A stretch of DNA of 64,000 nt, taken from assembly GCA_963703315.1 (NCBI GenBank), contig OY969811.1, positions 2,176,001-2,240,000 on the forward strand, read 5' to 3'. Source of the DNA: an uncultured cyanobacterium (GTDB lineage: Bacteria > Cyanobacteriota > Cyanobacteriia > Pseudanabaenales > Pseudanabaenaceae). The translations under genes were made by a program, and so were the position numbers. This document shows, in pieces, positions 57,222-64,000 of the stretch (positions within the stretch are counted from its first letter, which is position 1; every line of letters begins with the position of its first letter). Below the pieces are notes generated by a model. It worked only from the letters and a program-made list of their open reading frames with translations, was not told where the DNA came from and ran no database searches.

Positions 57222-58478
57222 TTATGCTTGGTATTTTTTGAAAACTAAAGTTACGTTATGACCACCAAAACCAAAGGAATTAGAAGTCGCCACGTTAATC
57301 GTCATCGGACGCGATTTATTAGGAACATAATCGAGATCGCACTCAGGATCAGGATTTTCCAAATTCATCGTCGGTGGGGCAATGTCATTATGCACTGCCA
57401 AAACTGTTGCTACTGCCTCAATACCACCTGAGCCACCGAGTAAATGACCTGTCATCGACTTAGTAGAGCTAACCGCAACCTTATAAGCATGATCGCCTAA
57501 AACTTTCTTGATTGCCTTTGTCTCGGTCTTATCATTGGCGGCGGTGCTTGTACCATGAGCATTGATATAGTCCACCATCTCAGGAGTGATGTCGGCATCT
57601 TTCAGGGCTAGCGACATCGCTCTGATTGCCCCTTCACCATCGGGTGAGGGCGAAGTCATGTGGTAAGCATCACAAGTACAGCCATAGCCAACGATCTCGG
57701 CATAGATTTTGGCTCCGCGTGCTAGAGCATGATCGAGATTTTCAATGATTAAGATTCCTGCGCCTTCACCCATCACAAAACCATCACGCTCTTTATCAAA
57801 GGGGCGTGATGCATGGGCAGGGTCATCATTACGTCGCGACATGGCACGGGCTGAGGCAAACCCAGCAAATCCTAGGGGAGTAATCGCGGCTTCAGTACCA
57901 CCACAAATCATTGCCTGAGCAAAACCACTTTGCACCAAACGAAATGCATCACCGATCGCATTAGATCCAGCCGCACAAGCAGTCACGGTGCAGGAGTTTG
58001 GTCCCTGTGCGCCCGTATGAATTGCTGTCAAACCTGCCGCCATATTACCGATCATCATCGGAATCATAAATGGACTGCAACGAGATGGACCTTTAGTACG
58101 AATAATTTCGTGCTGATCTTCAAGTACTTGTAAGCCGCCAATCCCTGTGCCTAGCAACACGCCAATTTGGGCAGCATTGATTGGTGTAATTTCCAGATTA
58201 GCGTTACGCAATGCTTGAATACTGGCACTTACGCCAAATTGAGCGAACCGATCCATGCGTCGCGCTTCTTTAGCGGCAATATAAGTAAGAGGATCAAAAT
58301 CTTTGACTTCGCCACCAACTCGACATTCATGGTCAGTGGTATCAAAGCGAGTAATTTCGGTAATCCCGTTTTTGCCATCGACTAGACCTTGCCAGTATTC
58401 TTCGACCGTGTTACCGATCGGTGTGATTGCACCTAGTCCAGTGACAACGACGCGAGAGAGGGGCTGAGGATTTTGCAT
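57222..58478 (-). CDS. fabF: 3-oxoacyl-ACP synthase II
   Basis: RVVVTGLG, TACAAG, NAHGTST, KSMTGHLLG, SNSFGFGGHN. Confidence 0.98.
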   Translation of the reverse strand: MQNPQPLSRVVVTGLGAITPIGNTVEEYWQGLVDGKNGITEITRFDTTDHECRVGGEVKDFDPLTYIAAKEARRMDRFAQFGVSASIQALRNANLEITPINAAQIGVLLGTGIGGLQVLEDQHEIIRTKGPSRCSPFMIPMMIGNMAAGLTAIHTGAQGPNSCTVTACAAGSNAIGDAFRLVQSGFAQAMICGGTEAAITPLGFAGFASARAMSRRNDDPAHASRPFDKERDGFVMGEGAGILIIENLDHALARGAKIYAEIVGYGCTCDAYHMTSPSPDGEGAIRAMSLALKDADITPEMVDYINAHGTSTAANDKTETKAIKKVLGDHAYKVAVSSTKSMTGHLLGGSGGIEAVATVLAVHNDIAPPTMNLENPDPECDLDYVPNKSRPMTINVATSNSFGFGGHNVTLVFKKYQA

Positions 58479-58650
58479 TTCGTTTGGAATCAGTAAGGTT
58501 CAATATCATCTCTGTAGTCATCAGAAATGATGTATACAGATTTTGTCTAGCTTTAAAGATGGGACTTTTGCCTTGTTTTTGACAAGACAAAAATTTTATA
58601 AAAGAAAAGCTTTGTCGCTAGGCAACAAAGCTTTGATCTTAAACAATTGC

Positions 58651-58890
58651 TTAAGCAGCTTGTTTGCTATCAATGTAATCAACAGCATTCTGAACAGTGG
58701 CAATCTTTTCTGCCTCTTCGTCAGGGATTTCAACGCCGAATTTTTCTTCCAGAGCCATAACTAATTCGACGGTATCGAGAGAGTCAGCGCCAAGGTCGTT
58801 CGCAAAGCTAGCTTCAGGCTTAACTTCGGCTTTATCAACGCCTAATTGGGATGCAACGATGTCTTGAACTTGCTCAAAGGTACTACTCAT
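58651..58890 (-). CDS. acpP: Acyl carrier protein
   Basis: [18 protein letters not shown]. Confidence 0.98.
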   Translation of the reverse strand: MSSTFEQVQDIVASQLGVDKAEVKPEASFANDLGADSLDTVELVMALEEKFGVEIPDEEAEKIATVQNAVDYIDSKQAA

Positions 58891-59048
58891 TTACTTATAC
58901 TCTGCTTACAACCGATAAAACTTTTTAGCGTTTTTAATTTTATCGGATAAAGGTAGCTGTATATACACGATCGCTAAGTATCCTGTATAAAAATCAATTT
59001 TTTGCCAATTTTTTAGATCTACGATTAAGTCACAAATTGCCTTATTTA

Positions 59049-59081
59049 TTTTGATGGCGCGGCGAAGCCGCGCCATCAAAA
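59049..59081. repeat. Palindrome with GAA loop
   Basis: TTTTGATGGCGCGGC-GAA-GCCGCGCCATCAAAA. Confidence 0.8.
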
Positions 59082-59090
59082 ATCGGTTTT

Positions 59091-59966
59091 TTATTTTATG
59101 GCAAAGTCCTTACTGGTTTTAATTTGCCTAATTAAAAATAGTCCTGCAACCGAATTGCCGATCGCATCAAGGGCAGGGCTGTAGCAGGCGATCGCTGCTT
59201 GATTGGGGATGATTGATAGTAATGCGCCACTGACGCTAGATTTTGAGGGTAAGCCAATATCGTGGGCAAATGCCGCAGAAGCACCATACATTCCACATTG
59301 GGTCATGATATCTAAAACAATTTGAATATGGGGTGATCGCACTGGCTCTAGTTTTGGATCAATTAACAAAGTGCCAAGTTTTGCCAAATCCTGCACATTA
59401 CCCCGCAAACAACAGATTTCTTCATAAACAGCAAGGGCTTGACGAGGATAAGCAATAATTCCTAAGGAATTTAGCTGCTCCGCGATCGCTAAATTCCGAC
59501 GATTAGGCACGGATCGCACAGAATTGAGCATTTCCAGATCGAGTGTCAAATTTGCGCCCGATCGCTGATTTAGCCAGTTTTGTAAAATTTCATAGGATGG
59601 CAATAATGAGCAAAGCGCGATCGCCCCACTATTAATCATTGGATTTTTCGGCTTACTATGCGGAATTTCGTTAAATGCGTCCGATGTTGGTTGGCGATCG
59701 ACAATTGCCAACACAGGAGCAAGACCCTGTGTTTCCAGTAAATACAACAGCAAAAATGGCTTAATCACGCTCATTAATGGAAAATTTTGGTTAATATCAC
59801 CTGCGGCTATTTGCTCACCCTGATCGTTATTGAAGTATCGGTGAATCGCGATCGCCATCAGATCTGGATTAGCTTCAGCCAATAGGGGAATATAAAGCGG
59901 TAATTCTCCTTTACGTGACTCTTTTTTCGCTAATTGTAGCCATCTTTGCAAATTGTTTTTGAACAT
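59091..59966 (-). CDS. glsA: Glutaminase
   Basis: YIPLLA, MSVIKPF (SxxK), NPMINSGAI, CGMY, GLPSKSSVSG, SPALDAIGNSVAG. Confidence 0.88.
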   Translation of the reverse strand: MFKNNLQRWLQLAKKESRKGELPLYIPLLAEANPDLMAIAIHRYFNNDQGEQIAAGDINQNFPLMSVIKPFLLLYLLETQGLAPVLAIVDRQPTSDAFNEIPHSKPKNPMINSGAIALCSLLPSYEILQNWLNQRSGANLTLDLEMLNSVRSVPNRRNLAIAEQLNSLGIIAYPRQALAVYEEICCLRGNVQDLAKLGTLLIDPKLEPVRSPHIQIVLDIMTQCGMYGASAAFAHDIGLPSKSSVSGALLSIIPNQAAIACYSPALDAIGNSVAGLFLIRQIKTSKDFAIK

Positions 59967-60234
59967 AAAAACTAGCGATTTGCGATCGCCTAAACAACAA
60001 TATTTTTGTTTTAGTGACAGGTATGACAAGTCAAATTAAATTAGACAAAATCTAGGCAAAATATCGCAATTACCAATAAGACGCAAGAATTTAGATTAGG
60101 TCAATTCCTTACTCACTATACTTTCTATCAACTTGTTGAAAATATCCACTAAATATCCTCTTGATATTCCCTTTGACATATCAGAGTAACAAGTTTAACC
60201 TTATACATAGGTGTAAAAGAGGTTCATTTGCAGA

Positions 60235-61857
60235 ATGTTTAAGAGTACAAAATCGGTTGTTTCTTTAGGCTGTCTATCTTTTATCGCAACTTTGTCTTTA
60301 GCTCCCCAGCTAGCTCATTCAGGAACAACAGTACCGATCCTCGATAACGATCAGTACAAAGAAGTAAAGTCAGATCCCCTGATTCAAGCGCAAAATGTCA
60401 CCTCTGTATCACAACTCAGTGACGTGAAGCCAACCGATTGGGCTTTCACCGCTTTGCAATCCCTCGTTGAACGCTACGGCTGTATTGCAGGATACCCAGA
60501 CCGTACCTATCGTGGTAAACAAGCCACTAGCCGCTACGAATTTGCCGCAGGTTTAAATGCTTGCCTCGACAAAATTAATGAAATTATCTCCGCAGGGTTG
60601 GCTGATAAAGTTAGCAAAGAAGATTTAGCCACTCTGCAAAAACTCCAAGAAGAATTTGCGGCTGAACTGGCTACCCTACGTGGTCGTGTTGATGCCCTCG
60701 ATGCCAAGACTGCCAAACTCGAAGCACAACAGTTCTCAACTACTACCAAACTCAGTGGAGAAGCGATCTTCTCAGTAATCGGTGGTACTGGGGGACCGTC
60801 AGATGGGCGATCAAATGTGATCTTTGGCGATCGCGTTAGACTTGTCCTCAACACCAGCTTCACAGGTAAAGACCTATTGAGAACTCGACTGGAAGCTGGC
60901 AACATATTTACTGGCACTTCTGGTGTTTCCACTGTGCTTGGAACCAATACCGCCAGAGTTGGTTACACTTCTGGAGCCGAGGCTACTCCAAATACTGCCT
61001 TGCTAAATCTTTTATTCTACAGATTTCCCGTCGGTGACAAGGCAAATATCTTTGTGGGACCTGTGGCTGCCCCCGACGATTTCTTCACACAAATTAGTCC
61101 CTTTGCATCAAGTGGACAGGGTTCTATTTCTAGATTTGGGCGCTTTGATCCCTTCTATCGTATTGGTAGTACAAGTTCTCTATTTGGGATTGATTACAAA
61201 TTTGATGACAAGGTAAATCTGCAAATTGGCTATAGTGGTGGCACTGGTAATGGTACTGCTAGTGCTGCCTCAACTACTACTGGACTGTTTGGTGGAACTA
61301 ATTCGATCGCCGCTCAATTGGTATTCAAGATTAGTAACAATCTCGATACATCGATCGCTTACGCCAGAAGCTACCTATCCAGTAACTCCCTGAACACTTC
61401 ACTAACAAGCACTGAGTCTATAAACAGCAGTTCCATTACAGGTATCACTACTGATTTGATATCTGGCAACCTCGTTTGGAGAATTACTCCTTCTGTAACT
61501 TTCAACACATCAGGAACATTTATTTTTGCTAATAGCGTTAACTCTAATGCAGGTACTACCTTTACGAGTTGGCTAGCAGGTTTAAGTTTTAATAATCTAT
61601 TTAGTGAAGGTAGCACTGGCGGAATCATCTTTGGACAACCACTCAAGAGAAATTCCGTGAGTGGAACTGCTACCGTTGGCACTAATACTGGTAGACCAAT
61701 TGACACAACTCCCTATCACTTGGAGCTTTTCTATCGCTATCAACTGACTAAGAATATCAGCATCACCCCTGGTGTTTTCTGGATCTTTAATCCTGAAGGT
61801 GCTAGTGCTAACCCCACTGCCACTGTTGGTCTAATTCGCACCACATTTTCTTTCTAG
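60235..61857 (+). CDS. Cyanobacterial outer-membrane porin (SLH + OprB-type barrel)
   Basis: VTSVSQLSDVKPTDWAF.ALQSLVERYGCIAGYPD, QFSTTTKL.GE, C-terminal RTTFSF. Confidence 0.95.
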   Translation: MFKSTKSVVSLGCLSFIATLSLAPQLAHSGTTVPILDNDQYKEVKSDPLIQAQNVTSVSQLSDVKPTDWAFTALQSLVERYGCIAGYPDRTYRGKQATSRYEFAAGLNACLDKINEIISAGLADKVSKEDLATLQKLQEEFAAELATLRGRVDALDAKTAKLEAQQFSTTTKLSGEAIFSVIGGTGGPSDGRSNVIFGDRVRLVLNTSFTGKDLLRTRLEAGNIFTGTSGVSTVLGTNTARVGYTSGAEATPNTALLNLLFYRFPVGDKANIFVGPVAAPDDFFTQISPFASSGQGSISRFGRFDPFYRIGSTSSLFGIDYKFDDKVNLQIGYSGGTGNGTASAASTTTGLFGGTNSIAAQLVFKISNNLDTSIAYARSYLSSNSLNTSLTSTESINSSSITGITTDLISGNLVWRITPSVTFNTSGTFIFANSVNSNAGTTFTSWLAGLSFNNLFSEGSTGGIIFGQPLKRNSVSGTATVGTNTGRPIDTTPYHLELFYRYQLTKNISITPGVFWIFNPEGASANPTATVGLIRTTFSF

Positions 61858-62023
61858 ATAAACTGCCCCTGAGAAAGTCATACTTCTATGACTTTCTTAC
61901 AGAGCTTTTCAAGCAAGTTACCAAGGATTGTTTTCCCGCCGAAGGCGGGAAAACAATCCTCTACTTCACTAGATGTTAGTATTTTTCTCAGTTCTTGTAC
62001 CCAATTCCTAAGCAGCGAATCTT

Positions 62024-63040
62024 ATGTTCACATTAGATAATCCTCTCGTCATGCTATACGCAAGATTAATTGGATGGACTCTATTAGGATATGTCTTAGG
62101 AAAACTGCTACCCAAGATTTTTACAACTTATCTTGGCAAAGCTTTACTATTTGTGGGGGTTCCTATCAGTATTGTTTCGTTTTTACGACAAGCTGATCTA
62201 TCAGGCTGGATTATTATTGCACCAACAACCGCATGGATTGCCATTATGGTTGGTGCGGGCTTGGCTTGGATCTGGATTGATTTAGGCTTAAGCGACGAAA
62301 AATTTAAATCTCTATCGAGAGGAATTTCCTACGGAGATAGACCTACTGATTCAAATTCAAGTGCTGTCATTCATGAAGAGAGTGCTTGGTCGGGACCAAC
62401 TCAAGGTAGTTTTTTGCTGGCTATGACTCTAGGCAACACTGCCTTTATGGGATACCCCGTTAGTTTGGCGTTAGTTGAACCTCAATATTTCGCTTGGTCA
62501 TTATTTTATGACCTAATTGGCTCAACGATCGCTTCTTATTCAGTGGGTATTGCCCTTGCAAGCCATTATGGCAGGACTTCCAATAATCAAAAGCGTCCCA
62601 ATCCATTTATATCTATGGCAAAGACTCCTGCCCTGTGGAGCTTGCCCATTGGTCTAATTATGAAATTTATTCCCCTGCCCACTTTCATTACCACTAGCAT
62701 GAGTAACCTTGCATGGACAACCGTTACCCTATCTTTGGTGATGATTGGAATGCAACTAAGCCAACTGCGATCGCTGGGAAATATCAAAAAGGCTTTGACT
62801 TGTCTTTCCATCAAGATGCTGCTGACACCGCTAGTTGTTGGTACAGGATTGATGTTTTTTGGGATTACTGGTGGGCCACGTATGGCTCTGGTGCTGCAAA
62901 TGGCAATGCCTCCAGCTTTCTCCACTCTCGTTATTGCTCAAGCTTACGATCTTGACCGTGATTTAACTGTTACAACCTTAGCTTTTGGTGTAGTTATTCT
63001 ATTGTTCACCATACCTATTTGGTTATGGTTATTCTCTTAA
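62024..63040 (+). CDS. AEC (auxin efflux carrier) family transporter
   Basis: GNTAFMGYPV, IKMLLTPL, QMAMPPAF; multiple TM segments. Confidence 0.9.
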   Translation: MFTLDNPLVMLYARLIGWTLLGYVLGKLLPKIFTTYLGKALLFVGVPISIVSFLRQADLSGWIIIAPTTAWIAIMVGAGLAWIWIDLGLSDEKFKSLSRGISYGDRPTDSNSSAVIHEESAWSGPTQGSFLLAMTLGNTAFMGYPVSLALVEPQYFAWSLFYDLIGSTIASYSVGIALASHYGRTSNNQKRPNPFISMAKTPALWSLPIGLIMKFIPLPTFITTSMSNLAWTTVTLSLVMIGMQLSQLRSLGNIKKALTCLSIKMLLTPLVVGTGLMFFGITGGPRMALVLQMAMPPAFSTLVIAQAYDLDRDLTVTTLAFGVVILLFTIPIWLWLFS

Positions 63041-63075
63041 TATTCCTATAGCAATGCAAGTTTTGCTTAAGGCAT

Positions 63076-63130
63076 AAAACCCAAGAAGTGAATTGCGGCG
63101 CTTCGCGCCGCAATTCACTTCTTGGGTTTT
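63076..63130. repeat. Perfect 26-bp-arm palindrome, TTC/GAA loop
   Basis: AAAACCCAAGAAGTGAATTGCGGCGC-TTC-GCGCCGCAATTCACTTCTTGGGTTTT. Confidence 0.85.
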
Positions 63131-63183
63131 GAATTATTAAGTAGGTGGACAAAAGAAGCCGTGCAATGCACGGCTTCTTTTGG

Positions 63184-63999
63184 TTAGATATAAAATTGTG
63201 AGACACTTTGAATTACATCAAAATACCTATTTACTGAATTCTCATTATCAAAATAAGCAAAAATATAAAGATTGTCTCCAACAAGCTTGATCCCCTCTTT
63301 AATAAATACAGAAGAAAATGTCGTGCAATTATGAACTTCTGGTCCAGTATCTTTTTCCTCTAGAGAATACAAGCCTTTCAAAACACCATTGCTGCAAGCA
63401 TACTCAAGTTTAGCGATGATGTCATCTTGGTTAGTAACATTTTGCAGCTTAAACCTAAAGTCAATAGTAGAGACTCCATCGTAGGGAATAATTGTGTAAT
63501 TGACAGCAAAATTCTGTTCGTTTAAAAATGAAAGCAATCTTAATCCTGCTTTTTCCAGAGTGCAAGTCTGCCGTTTTAAAGTGTTAAATTCTGGCAGTTT
63601 ATAGCTTTGGATATTATGTACTACATTTACATCACTATCTATAATTCCAAAAGTGTTGTGAATGAAATTTGCGAATGGCACATAGGCATTCACAGTACAG
63701 GAGCCATAGGAAATAATACTTAATTCCTTGCTAAATTCTTTCTCATTAAAGCCATAAACAATTGTCTTGTCTGCATTAACAGATGTGGCGGATATAACCA
63801 CTAGTTTTGTATTGCCAGTGATATAGGATTCACAGCAATCCCTTCTCTGGGCGTACTTTCCTGAACATTCTAAAATGATTTCAGGAACACCAAGCCAAGA
63901 CATCTGCATTGTGCTGCCAGATGTGTATTCTATTGTAATTTTCTTGCCATTAGGAGTCAGAAATAGCAAGTGATTCCCACTTAAGGAAACTTGATATTG
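63184..63999 (-). CDS. Divergent glyceraldehyde-3-phosphate dehydrogenase-like protein (5'-partial)
   Basis: ILECSGKY, VVISA, TIVYGFN, ISYGSCTVN, VVHN, YFDNE; frame stays open to the window edge. Confidence 0.7.
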   Translation of the reverse strand, partial: QYQVSLSGNHLLFLTPNGKKITIEYTSGSTMQMSWLGVPEIILECSGKYAQRRDCCESYITGNTKLVVISATSVNADKTIVYGFNEKEFSKELSIISYGSCTVNAYVPFANFIHNTFGIIDSDVNVVHNIQSYKLPEFNTLKRQTCTLEKAGLRLLSFLNEQNFAVNYTIIPYDGVSTIDFRFKLQNVTNQDDIIAKLEYACSNGVLKGLYSLEEKDTGPEVHNCTTFSSVFIKEGIKLVGDNLYIFAYFDNENSVNRYFDVIQSVSQFYI

Positions 64000-64000
64000 A

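Noticed and set aside
60186..60199. NtcA-like site upstream of the porin (GTAACAAGTTTAAC)
   Set aside because: It deviates from GTA-N8-TAC and cannot be supported without TSS data.
1..64000. tRNA/rRNA or known riboswitch genes
   Set aside because: None were recognised by eye; a covariance-model scan would be needed to exclude them.

Overview
Cyanobacterial chromosomal window. The evidence is very dense HIP1 GCGATCGC, a CpcT/CpeT bilin lyase, Uma2 proteins, an SLH-porin and a PatA-type taxis operon; a Pseudanabaena-like host is my inference. 1-4.3 kb is an accessory patch with a TPR-HNH tail, a tandemly duplicated DUF433 gene, an IS1-family element with an 8-bp target duplication, and a MazF TA pair. 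4.3-12.2 kb holds housekeeping and hypothetical genes. 12.3-22.1 kb is an island of about seven toxin-antitoxin-type cassettes, Uma2, DUF2513 and a 1189-aa fusion (5x66-aa Trp-rich repeats + SF2 helicase + Rrp8-like methyltransferase). Its cassettes are separated by co-oriented HIP1-based repeat blocks. 22.1-33.3 kb is a complete PatA-CheY-CheW-MCP-MCP-CheA-CheW taxis operon. 34-38.3 kb has a His-less CBS-PAS pseudo-kinase, murF and a protein with a phycobiliprotein-like C-terminus. 38.7-51.4 kb is a contractile-injection-system baseplate module without sheath, tube or spike genes in the window, co-oriented with sensor, WD40 and hydroxylase genes. 51.6-64 kb has cpcT, purD, fabF, acpP, glutaminase, a porin, an AEC transporter and a divergent GAPDH-like ORF. 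Many intergenic 3-nt-loop palindromes and MITE-like elements occur throughout. All calls come from reading motifs by eye; no database searches were run.
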